NCBI GenBank assembly: GCA_965237675.1
Contig: OZ250150.1
Location: forward strand, 3,168,001 to 3,232,000
Origin: Candidatus Latescibacterota bacterium
GTDB taxonomy: Bacteria > Latescibacterota > UBA2968 > GCA-2709665
Direction: 5' to 3'
Length of the DNA stretch: 64,000 bases
A model generated the notes under the pieces. That model was not told the DNA's origin. It did not search any database and was given only the letters and a program-made list of their open reading frames with translations. Position 1 is the first letter of the stretch, and each line of letters opens with the position of its first letter. Shown here in pieces: positions 10,369-19,835 of the stretch. Position numbers and translations under genes: made by a program.

Positions 10369-11352
10369 GTGGCGGCCGATGCGCGGCTGGCCGAGGGTCC
10401 GGAAGGCGTTCGCCGCGTGTTGAGGGCCGTTTATCGGGCAGGGACGCTGCCGGTTCGCGACCTATCGCGGGAGGCGGGTTTGCCGGTTCCCGTGGTGGCG
10501 GCGGTTCGAGGCGAGTTGGAGCGAAGGGGTTGGGTGGAGAGAAGAGGGGGTGTTGTCCTGTCTTCCGCCGGTCGGAGAGCGGTTGAAAAAGAGTTGGGTC
10601 TGGGCTGTCGACGGCGGTTTCCGAGGCCTGTTTTTCCCGCCCTGGACGACGGGATGCGTTCGTTGCATGCGCGGATGGAGGCATTTGGGGAACAGAGGCC
10701 CGCTGTAGACGTGCGGCTGGATCAATCCCATGCGACGGCGGAAACCGCGTTGCGGCGCGCCGTGTATTTATATGAGAACGACGGGTTGGAAGGGCGGGAC
10801 ATCCTGGTTCTCGGAGACGACGACCTGACCTGTCTTGCAATCGGCCTGCTGGCGGATCACCTGGGGATATCAGTGGGTTGTATGGTGGTGCTGGAATGCG
10901 ACTCACGGCTGGTGACCTATTTGAACGCCACGTCCCGTGAAACGGGACAGGCCCTCGAGGCCGTCGAACACGACCTGAGGTCGGACCTTCCGAGCGATAT
11001 TACCGGAAGGTTCGATCTGTTTTTCACCGATCCGCCCTATACACTTGCGGGGTTGTCTTTGTTTGTTTCCCGAGGGGCCGCCGGACTTCGGCCCGAGGTG
11101 GGCAAGCAGGGTTATATCTGTTTCGGCAATCGCAGGCCCGAGGAGGCGGCTGCCGCCGTCGGGACAATCACGGAGACCGGGCTGGCGCCGGTCGAGATCG
11201 TTCCGGATTTCAATCGGTATGTTGGCGCGCAAATGCTTGCCGGAGTCAGCCATATGATACGGACAGTCGCGACCGCCCGGCTACGACCCCCGATTCAAGG
11301 ATTCTACGAGGGTGCGCTGTATACGGCCGATCGGACACGGAAGACGGGATGA
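10369..11352 (+). CDS. Bis-aminopropyl spermidine synthase (BpsA/DUF43) family protein with N-terminal wHTH-like region
   Basis: LDQSHAT, ILVLGDDDL, FDLFFTDPPYT..G..LF motifs. Start uncertain (GTG 10369 or CTG 10360). Confidence 0.8.
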   Translation: MAADARLAEGPEGVRRVLRAVYRAGTLPVRDLSREAGLPVPVVAAVRGELERRGWVERRGGVVLSSAGRRAVEKELGLGCRRRFPRPVFPALDDGMRSLHARMEAFGEQRPAVDVRLDQSHATAETALRRAVYLYENDGLEGRDILVLGDDDLTCLAIGLLADHLGISVGCMVVLECDSRLVTYLNATSRETGQALEAVEHDLRSDLPSDITGRFDLFFTDPPYTLAGLSLFVSRGAAGLRPEVGKQGYICFGNRRPEEAAAAVGTITETGLAPVEIVPDFNRYVGAQMLAGVSHMIRTVATARLRPPIQGFYEGALYTADRTRKTG

Positions 11353-12257
11353 ATCTGCCGTTTGAAGCCGAACCTATTCGCCCGATGCATACGGACCGAT
11401 TGCAGGCAATATTCGCGTCGGCAGTTAAGAGCGCGTGGTGTTACTACGCCCCTTTTCTCTGTTGTTTCAGCCTGCCTCCGGCTCGGGAAGTGTTCGTGGC
11501 CGAGCACGACGGCGCGCTTTGGCTTCCCGTGCGGCGGGCAAGGCGGTACGGCGGCGTATGGTTCGACCTTATCGTACCTCCGATTCCGATGTCGGTTGAA
11601 CCCCTCGTTGCCATGCTTGACGAGATGCGCGCGATCAATGGGGGGCGACGTCCACGCATTTTGTGGATCGATGAGGCGGACCGCCGGTGCCTGCCGGCGG
11701 GTCGGTTCGAGGTTCGGAGCAAGTCGTATGAATATCTGTACGATCCGTCGAAGATCGCCGAGGCCGCGGGGAGGCCGTACCGGGACCTTCGAAAGAAAGT
11801 CCGGCGTTTCCGGAGGGAGGTAAACGCCCACTTTCGTGAAATGACGTCAGCGGATGTGCCAGCCTGCCAGACGCTTCTGCGGTATTGGCGGAAACGGCAG
11901 GGGCGCAAGAGAGATTTCCTGCTTGACTGGGGATATACACGCTCGGCGTTGTCGATGTATGGCCACTGGAACGCGAGGGAACTTCAGGGCTGGTGCGTGG
12001 ATGTGGGGGGCCGGATCGCGGCCTTTGCCATCGCGGGCAGAATGCGCGCGGGGCTGGCCAATTTCTTTATTGCAAAATCGGATCCGGACGTCAGGGGATT
12101 GTCGGAATATTTGCGCATGGGGGTTTATCGGGCTCTGGCGGACTACGACCGGGTCAATGACGCCGGAGATCTGGGTCTGCCGGGATTGCGCCAGCATAAG
12201 CTGAAATTCCGGCCCGTCGCCCGGATCCCGGTGTACAGCGCGTCGATTTCGGATTGA
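11349..12257 (+). CDS. DUF2156 / MprF C-terminal-like (GNAT-fold) domain protein, soluble
   Basis: YEYLYD...AGRPYRDLRKKVRRF, FIAKSDPDVRGL, NDAGDLGLPGLRQHKLKFRP. ATGA overlap with the upstream gene. Confidence 0.78.
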   Translation: MNLPFEAEPIRPMHTDRLQAIFASAVKSAWCYYAPFLCCFSLPPAREVFVAEHDGALWLPVRRARRYGGVWFDLIVPPIPMSVEPLVAMLDEMRAINGGRRPRILWIDEADRRCLPAGRFEVRSKSYEYLYDPSKIAEAAGRPYRDLRKKVRRFRREVNAHFREMTSADVPACQTLLRYWRKRQGRKRDFLLDWGYTRSALSMYGHWNARELQGWCVDVGGRIAAFAIAGRMRAGLANFFIAKSDPDVRGLSEYLRMGVYRALADYDRVNDAGDLGLPGLRQHKLKFRPVARIPVYSASISD

Positions 12258-12434
12258 CGATCGACCCGCGCGTCGGTATCGGCCCGGTTTGGATGCCGGG
12301 GTTCGCCGGAAAAGGGGCGTATTCCGAATGGAATGCAAGAGTACACCCGATTGGCTCCAAACCACGCTGAATGGATCGAATTCCGGCAAGGCTGGCAAGT
12401 CGTAGTATACGATCCCAAAACAAGGAGGCTGTTC

Positions 12435-13058
12435 TTGACGGCAGCGAAAGCAACCAATATTGTTTGGCATGAGGGCCATGTGGGTCGGGGGGAACGGGAG
12501 GGCCTGTTGGCACAGGAGGGGTGCCTCGTGTGGTTGACCGGTCTGCCTTCCTCCGGGAAAAGCACCATTGCTTTCACCGTCGAGCACGCGCTGGCCGCCC
12601 GCGGAAGACTGGCCTATGTGCTGGATGGAGACAATATCCGGCACGGGCTGAATAAGAACCTGGGTTTTTCGGCCGAGGACCGGGCTGAGAATATACGCCG
12701 TATCGGCGAGGTGGGGAAGCTGTTCGTGGATGCCGGGGTTCTTGCGATAAGCAGTTTCGTGAGTCCGTACAGGGCCGACAGGGACGGGGTTCGCGGATTG
12801 CTGGCCAGGGGCGATTTTATCGAGGTGTTCGTGGATACGCCGTTGGAGGTCTGTGAAAAGCGGGATCCCAAGGGGCTCTACAGGAAGGCGCGGGCGGGTG
12901 AGATTCCGGATTTCACCGGAATTTCAGATCCCTACGAGCCGCCGGAGCATCCGGAACTGGTGATAAAAGCTGCCCAATGTTCACCGCAGGAGGCAGCACA
13001 GCAGATAATCCACAACCTCGAGTCGGGTGGCAAGATACCGAAATCGAATCGGCGATAA
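12435..13058 (+). CDS. cysC: Adenylyl-sulfate kinase
   Basis: WLTGLPSSGKST, LDGDNIRHGL, RDPKGLY, FTGISDPYE. AAGGAGG RBS before TTG 12435. Confidence 0.95.
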   Translation: MTAAKATNIVWHEGHVGRGEREGLLAQEGCLVWLTGLPSSGKSTIAFTVEHALAARGRLAYVLDGDNIRHGLNKNLGFSAEDRAENIRRIGEVGKLFVDAGVLAISSFVSPYRADRDGVRGLLARGDFIEVFVDTPLEVCEKRDPKGLYRKARAGEIPDFTGISDPYEPPEHPELVIKAAQCSPQEAAQQIIHNLESGGKIPKSNRR

Positions 13059-13162
13059 CGCGGAATCCATTGCCGGGGCACGAACAACGGCACCCGTTTT
13101 TTTCAGCTGTGTTGGATGCCCCCAGGAGATGAGCGCGGTTTCACCGGCCCCGGCGGCTGAGC

Positions 13163-14077
13163 GTGAATACGGACATGGGCTCGGACGATCTGAGAAAACG
13201 ACTTGTAAGGCTCAATCGGGGCAGGCTCCGGAACGAACCTGAACCGGGGGCCGCCCAGACCGATGCGGTGGATTGTGGGGAAGGTGTCGTGGAGATAGCC
13301 CGGGCAGGTCTGCCCGCATCGACCGTGGAAGTGGGCCAACGGGTTACACTGGATGACGTGGCCAACGGAACCGAGATTCACAACACGGCCGGCCGCTTCG
13401 TTGAGATTCACCGTTCGTTCCGGGAACTTGCAAATGCCGGCGACGAATTGGAGGTGAGGTACGTCCGGTCGATTGCATCCTTTCCGTCCGGTCACGTTCA
13501 GGCGGGGTTCGACGGGAATTTTCACGCGCTGGAAGGCCTGGCGCCGGACGACTTGCTGTTTGTGGATATCGAGGCCACGGGGCTTTCGGCGCAAACGCCG
13601 CTATTTCTGGTCGGTGTGCTGCTGTATGCCCACGGGTGTCTCAATGTTTATCAATTGTTCGCACGAGATGAAACGGAGGAGCCGGCGGTGCTGGCGCACT
13701 TTTCCGGTCTGCTGGCCAACGCGCGTCTGGTTGTGAGTTTTAATGGCAAGTCCTACGACCTGCCGTACATTCGACACCGTTCGATGGTTCACGGTCTGGC
13801 GTGTCGATTTCCACCTGGCGATCTCGATATATTGCACGAGGCGCGCAGGCGCTGGCGCGGCCGATTTCCGAATCACAAGCTGCAGACGCTCGAGCAATGG
13901 GTCTGTCGCCGGACGAGAACCGGAGACATTCCCGGCGCCGAGATTCCTGGCGCATACGGTCTGTTTGTGCGGACCGGAAATGCGGCCGAGATTGGCCGTA
14001 TATTGCACCACAACGCGTTGGACCTGGTGACATTGGCCGAACTGATGGTTGCGATGCTGGAGGGATGTGAACCGTGA
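13163..14077 (+). CDS. RNase H-like (YprB/RNase_H_2) DEDD exonuclease-domain protein
   Basis: FVDIEATGL, VSFNGKSYDLPYI, DIPGAEIP, HNALDL. Confidence 0.85.
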   Translation: MNTDMGSDDLRKRLVRLNRGRLRNEPEPGAAQTDAVDCGEGVVEIARAGLPASTVEVGQRVTLDDVANGTEIHNTAGRFVEIHRSFRELANAGDELEVRYVRSIASFPSGHVQAGFDGNFHALEGLAPDDLLFVDIEATGLSAQTPLFLVGVLLYAHGCLNVYQLFARDETEEPAVLAHFSGLLANARLVVSFNGKSYDLPYIRHRSMVHGLACRFPPGDLDILHEARRRWRGRFPNHKLQTLEQWVCRRTRTGDIPGAEIPGAYGLFVRTGNAAEIGRILHHNALDLVTLAELMVAMLEGCEP

Positions 14078-15450
14078 TCCCGCTGGATGGGCGGCGCGTC
14101 CTGGTGATGGGCCTCGGCCTCTTCGGCGGCGGTGTGGGGGCCGTGCGTTTTCTGTGCCGGGAGGGGGCCCTGGTGACGGTTACCGACCTGCGACCGGCCG
14201 AGGCGCTCCCGGAGTCGCTGCAGGCATTGGAGTCGCTGCCTGTTGCGTACAGACTGGGTGGACATGAAGCATCGGATTTCCGATCGGCGGATTTGGTCGT
14301 GGCCAATCCTGGCGTGCCCAGGTCGTCCCGGTTCCTGAAGGTTGCCGAGAAAAGCGGAGTCCCGGTTACAACGGAGGTATGTCTGTTTGTTGAGCGTTGC
14401 AGCGCTCCGGTTGTCGGCGTTACGGGTAGCAGTGGAAAGACCACAACAACGTCTCTGGTCGGGGAGATGTTGCGGCGCAAGACGCCGCGGACGATGGTGG
14501 GCGGGAATATCGGCGGGTCTTTGCTGGATCGGTTGGAGGAAATTTCATCGGACACGCACGTCGTACTCGAACTGTCCAGCTTTCAACTGGACCGGCTGTC
14601 GGATATGGAATGGAGCCCGCAGACTGCCGTGATAACCAATTTTGCCCCCAACCACCTGGATATGCACGGCTCGTTGGAGGCCTATAAACGGGCGAAACGG
14701 CAAATAATGGCCCACCAGGGCGCACCTGATGTCGTGGTGTTGAATGGAGACGATCCTGAAGTCCGGCAGTGGGCGGGGGACGGGAGCCGCATCGTATTCA
14801 GCACGAAACGAAGGTCGGGTTGCGACGTCTTCCTGGACGACGGGGAAATTCGACATCGGGTTGGCAATTCCGAAAAGACCGTCTGCCCGTCCACGGAGGT
14901 TGCGCTTCCGGGACGTCATAACCTGGCAAACGCGCTGGCGGCGTGCGGCGCGGCGCTTTGCAACGGCGTGTGCGAGGCAGATATTGCAACCGTACTTCGC
15001 TCGTTCAGCGGCGTGCCCCACCGGTTGGAGCGGGTGGCCGATATCGGGGGCGTGACGTACTATAACGATTCGATTGCAACCAGTCCGGATCGGACGCGGG
15101 TGGCGCTTGAAGCGCTTCCGTCGGATGTGGTGTTGATCGCGGGGGGGTACGACAAGGGTCTGGCATTCGACGCGCTGGGTTGTCATATCGGACGGAAGGT
15201 GTCGGATCTGATCCTGACGGGTCAGACGGCGGACGCGATAGCGGCATCGGTACCGGGCGGGTCTTCAACACGCATTCTGTGGGTGGATTCACTGGACGCC
15301 GCCGTGTTTGCGGCAGCACGGTTGGCGGAATCGGGCGCGACCGTGTTGTTTTCTCCGGCATCCGCCAGCTATGACTCTTTTCGCAATTTCGAAGAGCGTG
15401 GTGACCGGTTCAGAAAACTGGTTTTGGATATGAGGGCTTGTGATGGCTGA
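14074..15450 (+). CDS. murD: UDP-N-acetylmuramoyl-L-alanine--D-glutamate ligase
   Basis: GLGLFGGG, GVTGSSGKTTT, GGNIG, ELSSFQL, NHLDMH, HRLE, NDSIAT, SPASASYD. Confidence 0.95.
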   Translation: MIPLDGRRVLVMGLGLFGGGVGAVRFLCREGALVTVTDLRPAEALPESLQALESLPVAYRLGGHEASDFRSADLVVANPGVPRSSRFLKVAEKSGVPVTTEVCLFVERCSAPVVGVTGSSGKTTTTSLVGEMLRRKTPRTMVGGNIGGSLLDRLEEISSDTHVVLELSSFQLDRLSDMEWSPQTAVITNFAPNHLDMHGSLEAYKRAKRQIMAHQGAPDVVVLNGDDPEVRQWAGDGSRIVFSTKRRSGCDVFLDDGEIRHRVGNSEKTVCPSTEVALPGRHNLANALAACGAALCNGVCEADIATVLRSFSGVPHRLERVADIGGVTYYNDSIATSPDRTRVALEALPSDVVLIAGGYDKGLAFDALGCHIGRKVSDLILTGQTADAIAASVPGGSSTRILWVDSLDAAVFAAARLAESGATVLFSPASASYDSFRNFEERGDRFRKLVLDMRACDG

Positions 15451-16282
15451 AACGATCGACTTGCGGGCCATCGCTCCGACCGTTGCTCGTATACTCAACG
15501 TGCGCCCGCCTGATGGCGCGGTGGCGGCGCCGATTGCCGAGGTCGTCGAGACCCTGCATACCGCCGACCGGCTTGCATTGGTGGTGGTGGACGGTTTCGG
15601 GTCGTCGTTGTGGACGCATGTTCGCGATGTCGTGCCTGTGTTGAATCGGGTCGCGGCGCTTCGGCGTCTTGAGATCCAATCCGTGTTGCCGTCGATGACC
15701 TATATTTGCATTTCCACGATGTTGACCGGCGTGTCTCCGTCCGCGCATGGCGTGACGGATCTACAGTCGATGATCCGGGTGTCCCAGTCCACCGATATGG
15801 ATACCGTATTCAACCGGGTGAAAGACGCGGGTGGCCAGACGTTGATGGCTGTGCACAAACGGGATGTTGCGGGGTTGGATGTAGAGCGGTTTGCCGACCG
15901 AACGGTCTTGGCTGAAGAACGAAATGATCTGGAGATTTACGGCCAGGTTCCGGGGATCATCGTTGAAAACTCGCCGATGTTCGCGTTTGTACATTTACTC
16001 GACATCGACGAAGCCGGTCACAGGTACGGTCCTTACGCGCAGGAGGTCCGGCAGGCGGCCAGGGGGCTGGACCGGCGTCTGAAAGGCCTGCTGGCTTGTC
16101 TTGCGGCATCCGGATACGCGGTAGTTATTGTGGCCGACCACGGAATGCACGAGTCTCCTCGAGGCGTTCCGGGCGCGGAGGGAAATCGTGGCATGCACGA
16201 TGGCTCGGTTCCAGAAGATTTGCTCATTCCGCTGCTCTGGGCGACTGCAGGAGAACTGGGTGGTATTGTAAGAGGGAAATAG
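15443..16282 (+). CDS. Alkaline phosphatase superfamily (NPP/phosphodiesterase-like) protein
   Basis: VVVDGFG, SVLPSMT, DEAGHRYGP, ADHGMH metal-binding motifs. Confidence 0.8.
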   Translation: MAETIDLRAIAPTVARILNVRPPDGAVAAPIAEVVETLHTADRLALVVVDGFGSSLWTHVRDVVPVLNRVAALRRLEIQSVLPSMTYICISTMLTGVSPSAHGVTDLQSMIRVSQSTDMDTVFNRVKDAGGQTLMAVHKRDVAGLDVERFADRTVLAEERNDLEIYGQVPGIIVENSPMFAFVHLLDIDEAGHRYGPYAQEVRQAARGLDRRLKGLLACLAASGYAVVIVADHGMHESPRGVPGAEGNRGMHDGSVPEDLLIPLLWATAGELGGIVRGK

Positions 16283-16286
16283 TATG

Positions 16287-16330
16287 AAAGCGAGGCCGGA
16301 CGATTCATTCGTCCGGCCTCGCTTTTTTTT
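16287..16330. terminator. Intrinsic terminator between convergent genes (probably bidirectional)
   Basis: Perfect 17-bp IR AAAGCGAGGCCGGACGA / TCGTCCGGCCTCGCTTT plus T run. Confidence 0.85.
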
Positions 16331-16348
16331 CAATTGTACGGTCTCTGG

Positions 16349-17212
16349 TCATGCGCCGTCGGAATAGGGCATGAGTTTGCGCCGCCTCGTGGGGTGGCGG
16401 AGCTTTCGGAGCGCTTTTTCCTTGATCTGGCGGACGCGTTCCCGGGTGAGCCTGAACCGGATGCCGATTTCTTCCAGGGTCATTTCGACGTCGCCGCCCA
16501 GGCCAAAATAGAGCCGAATGACTTCCCGTTCCCTTTCCTCCAACGTATCCAGCGCCGCGAAAATCTCGTCTTCAAGTGAATTGCGCATGAGAAGGCGGTC
16601 GGGCGACTCCTGGTTTTCGTCCGTCATGATCTCGAGCAGACTTTTTTCTTCGTCTTCGCCAAAGGTCATATCGAGCGAGAGGATGCGCTGCCCGCTGGCA
16701 AGGGTATCGACAACCTGTTTGACCGAGATGCCGAGCTCCTCCGCGATTTCTTCTTCCTGAGGACGCCCGGACGTCTCCTGTTGTCGGCTATTGACGTAGC
16801 GGGCGATACGGCGAAGAAGGTCCACGCGGTTCAACGGAAGACGTACGACCCTGGAATGTTCGGCACGGGTTTGGAGGATGGACTGGCGAATCCACCAGAC
16901 CGCGTAGGAGATAAACTTGAAGCCCTTGGTTTCGTCGAATCGTTCCGCCGCCGTGATGAGCCCCAGGTTGCCTGCACTGATTAGATCGGCCAGCGGCACG
17001 CCCTGGTTCTGATATTCACGGGCCACTGTAATGACAAACCGAAGATTGGCCTCGACAAGCTTTTTGCGGGCTTCGAGGTCGCCCTTCTTGATGCGGCGGG
17101 CGAGGATGACTTCCTCCCGGGCCGTCAATGGTTGGGATGTGGCAACGTCTTCCAGGTAGCGGTGCAATGAATCTTTCACCTCATGGCGGTAGATTCCGCT
17201 TTTTCTTGCCAC
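16349..17212 (-). CDS. RNA polymerase sigma-70 factor, RpoD/SigA family, lacking region 1.1 (FCB-type)
   Basis: ANLRFV, YQNQG, GNLGL, FDETKGFKFISYAVWWIRQSIL, TLEEIG..LTRERVRQIKEKAL. GAGGTG RBS before GTG 17212. Confidence 0.92.
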   Translation of the reverse strand: MARKSGIYRHEVKDSLHRYLEDVATSQPLTAREEVILARRIKKGDLEARKKLVEANLRFVITVAREYQNQGVPLADLISAGNLGLITAAERFDETKGFKFISYAVWWIRQSILQTRAEHSRVVRLPLNRVDLLRRIARYVNSRQQETSGRPQEEEIAEELGISVKQVVDTLASGQRILSLDMTFGEDEEKSLLEIMTDENQESPDRLLMRNSLEDEIFAALDTLEEREREVIRLYFGLGGDVEMTLEEIGIRFRLTRERVRQIKEKALRKLRHPTRRRKLMPYSDGA

Positions 17213-17293
17213 GAAGATCACCTCGAATGAATGTGCGATTGGTGGGTGGGATTCTGTCGCCGGCGGGAGGAAGTATGACATATCACCAATTCG

Positions 17294-17322
17294 AATATTT
17301 CGCGTTTCTTGGGAGATGTCAA
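17294..17322 (-). promoter_or_regulatory. Putative promoter of the sigma factor gene
   Basis: Minus strand TTGACA-N17-AATATT. Confidence 0.45.
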
Positions 17323-17479
17323 GCGAAATTTCCAATGCGGACTCCGAATATCCGATTTTGGTTCCGCACGTCCTGTTGAGGGGAGATGAGCAACGGAAAA
17401 TTTGGGTCTCTTTGTCGATATATCTGGCTGTTCAACACCGGTGTTCAGCCGCAAATCAGGCTTCCCCAACGGGACCCGC

Positions 17480-17508
17480 TTGACTGTGTCTTGAGTTTGG
17501 CATAAATT
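17480..17508 (+). promoter_or_regulatory. Putative sigma-70 promoter upstream of the M42 peptidase
   Basis: TTGACT-N17-TAAATT. Confidence 0.5.
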
Positions 17509-17722
17509 ACGCATCGCTCCTTCAGACCCGGGTACCCGTCATCATGATGTATGTGTCGATACGACGCCGTTCCCGGGGTGCGGAGGCCACGTCGAAACGC
17601 CGGTCGGTCTGCCGGACAGAAGCGGGCAGGCGCCGGGCGCCGCGTGGCCCGCGCCGGGTCGTCGGCCTCAGAAAGGCGCGCAGGCCTTGGCAGTCTAAAT
17701 TACGGCGTGTGGAGGGATTCCA

Positions 17723-18781
17723 ATGGATGTGTCAATTGATCGTTCCCGTTTCTTGGGGTTGCTGAAGAAACTTCTGGTGGCCCATGCGCCTCCCGGAGCC
17801 GAAGGCGAAGTCGACAGAATCGTGATGGAAGAGGTGCGACCCTTTGCGGCATCGGTCTGGCAGGATGCTGCCGAGAGCATCGTGGTACATATCAAGGGCC
17901 GTGGGGATGGCGCGCCTGTTGCCGTCACGGCGCATAAGGATGAGATTGCACTCATAGTGAAGCGGATCCAGGACGATGGACGTCTCCGCGTCCGTCCCCT
18001 GGGTGGCCTCCATCCATGGGCGGTGGGCGAGGGGCCCGTGGATATTCTCACCGAAGGCGAACCTGTGGCGGGCATACTCTCCGTGGGGTCCAAGCATGTC
18101 ACCGAAGAAAGTCCGGCCGGTCCTCTGAGGACGGGCATGGCGATAAAGTGGGAGACGTTCTGGATCGAGACCAAGCGCTCTGCCCGTGAACTGCGAGAAC
18201 TAGGTGTGCATCGCGGCAGCAAGGCGGTGCTGGCGAGGTCCCGCAAACAGCCCATGTTTATAGGCGATTTTATCTGCGGATACAATCTGGACTGCAGGGC
18301 CGGCTTGGCCATCCTGCTCGAGGCGGCCAGGCAACTGGCGGAAACGCCCCCGCCGTGCGATGTGTACCTTGTCGCAAGTTCCGAGGAGGAGATCGGCGCG
18401 CAGGGCGCAGTTTATTCGATTGGACAACTGCCCGCTCAGACCGTAATCGCGCTGGATATCGCACCGGTGGCCGAGGAGTATCAGATTGAAAACTGCGGAA
18501 ATCCGGTTTTGCTTTACGGCGATGCGTCGGGGGTTTACCACGAACGGACGTTGCGTCACCTGGAGCGGCTGGCAACTCGATCGGGGTTCGAAACGCAGCC
18601 TGCTGTTGTGAGTTCCTATGGCAGCGACGCCAGTATATCGAAGCGGGCGGGGTCGGCCGGCCGGTCGGCCTGCATAGCGTATCCAGGAGAGAATACGCAC
18701 GGGTACGAGATCTGTTCGATGGATGGGATTCTCAATTCAGCGCGCCTGCTGATGACGGCTTTGAGGCATCCCCTGGATTGA
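17723..18781 (+). CDS. M42 family metallo-aminopeptidase (FrvX-like)
   Basis: AHKDEI, NLDCRAG, SSEEEIG, LDI, THGYE metal ligands. Confidence 0.88.
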   Translation: MDVSIDRSRFLGLLKKLLVAHAPPGAEGEVDRIVMEEVRPFAASVWQDAAESIVVHIKGRGDGAPVAVTAHKDEIALIVKRIQDDGRLRVRPLGGLHPWAVGEGPVDILTEGEPVAGILSVGSKHVTEESPAGPLRTGMAIKWETFWIETKRSARELRELGVHRGSKAVLARSRKQPMFIGDFICGYNLDCRAGLAILLEAARQLAETPPPCDVYLVASSEEEIGAQGAVYSIGQLPAQTVIALDIAPVAEEYQIENCGNPVLLYGDASGVYHERTLRHLERLATRSGFETQPAVVSSYGSDASISKRAGSAGRSACIAYPGENTHGYEICSMDGILNSARLLMTALRHPLD

Positions 18782-18828
18782 ATGCCGATGCGCAGGCAAC
18801 GCAGGCAATGAACATGAATGTGCCGAGC

Positions 18829-18876
18829 CCCTGAGCCGCTTCCTGAGCTTGCGGTCCCTGACCGCTTGTCGAAGGG
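18829..18876. repeat. Degenerate REP-like element with CCTGAGC units
   Basis: CCCTGAGC, CCTGAGC, CCCTGA...CTTGTCGAAGGG. Confidence 0.35.
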
Positions 18877-19085
18877 TCGGCGACGGGCGGCGGAGAGTCC
18901 AGGGCTTCGGATGGGACCATGATCCCGATTTTCCGGGCTCTCCGTACTGGCGGTGATTTCTCGATAGCCTTGTCAATATGGCGCTCTCGCAATTTATCAC
19001 GGGGAGCACTTTACAGTTTACATCATACTCCACTGTAGCAGGGGCAATAAATGTCGACTATTTACTGCTCCCGGCAATAGGAATT

Positions 19086-19835
19086 ATGCTTTTTGAGAAT
19101 AAAAAAGGGCACTACCAATTCCTTAAAGGAATTGTTCCCTATTCCTGCGGCGTAAGGGCGGTGCCCGGGTACGAGGTCGTACACGCGACGTTGAAGGACG
19201 CGCTGCCATGGCGAGCCGGGTTTGAACAAGTGGATATGCATCTGCGTGAGTCGGGTCGGGACCGGCATGCGCTTTGCGGGGTGGAACTGCGCTGCCCGAC
19301 GCCGCATCCGATGGATGGGTTCATCAGGTTCAACGAAGCGTATTGTGACCTTTTGAGATCCTGGGATTTGCATGTAGAGGGGATAAATCCGGTGGCGCGG
19401 ACGAATGTCGCGCCGTTGCACAATCCACCGGGTGAGACCGTGATGCACGGGTTTTCGTACACGATGCCCTGCCGCGAAGATAATGGATGTACGTTCATTG
19501 TATCGGGCGCGGGTGAATTGCTCGGAGGCGAGTTGGCGAACGACGGGATCGTGCGGCGGGGCGAGACAAGCCCGGGTGCGATGCGCGAAAAAGCGGCGTA
19601 TGTGGTGCGGGTGATGGCGGACCGGCTGGCGGGCCTGGGCGCGAATTGGGACCAGGTGACGATGGTGGATGTTTACACGGTACACCCGTTGGAGGGAGTT
19701 CTGGATCAGGTCGTGCTGCCCGGGATCGGAACCGCGCAGCGGTACGGCGTCAGGTTGTACCGGGCGCGGCCGCCGGTGCGGGAGATTGAATTCGAGATGG
19801 ATATGAGGGGAATCAGGCGGGAACACTGTGTCTGA
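19086..19835 (+). CDS. CnbZ-like (2-aminomuconate deaminase / RidA-fold related) protein
   Basis: PYSCGV, ELRCPTP, NPVARTNVAP, FIVSGAGE, RPPV.EIEFEMD.R resemble the CnbZ family. Confidence 0.6.
   Translation: MLFENKKGHYQFLKGIVPYSCGVRAVPGYEVVHATLKDALPWRAGFEQVDMHLRESGRDRHALCGVELRCPTPHPMDGFIRFNEAYCDLLRSWDLHVEGINPVARTNVAPLHNPPGETVMHGFSYTMPCREDNGCTFIVSGAGELLGGELANDGIVRRGETSPGAMREKAAYVVRVMADRLAGLGANWDQVTMVDVYTVHPLEGVLDQVVLPGIGTAQRYGVRLYRARPPVREIEFEMDMRGIRREHCV

Noticed and set aside
12258-12434. SAM riboswitch upstream of cysC
   Set aside because: No SAM-I consensus elements are recognisable.
17497-17513. Sigma-54 promoter (TGGCAT...ACGC, GG-N10-GC)
   Set aside because: It lacks the TTGC -12 element and is better explained by the overlapping TTGACT-N17-TAAATT site.
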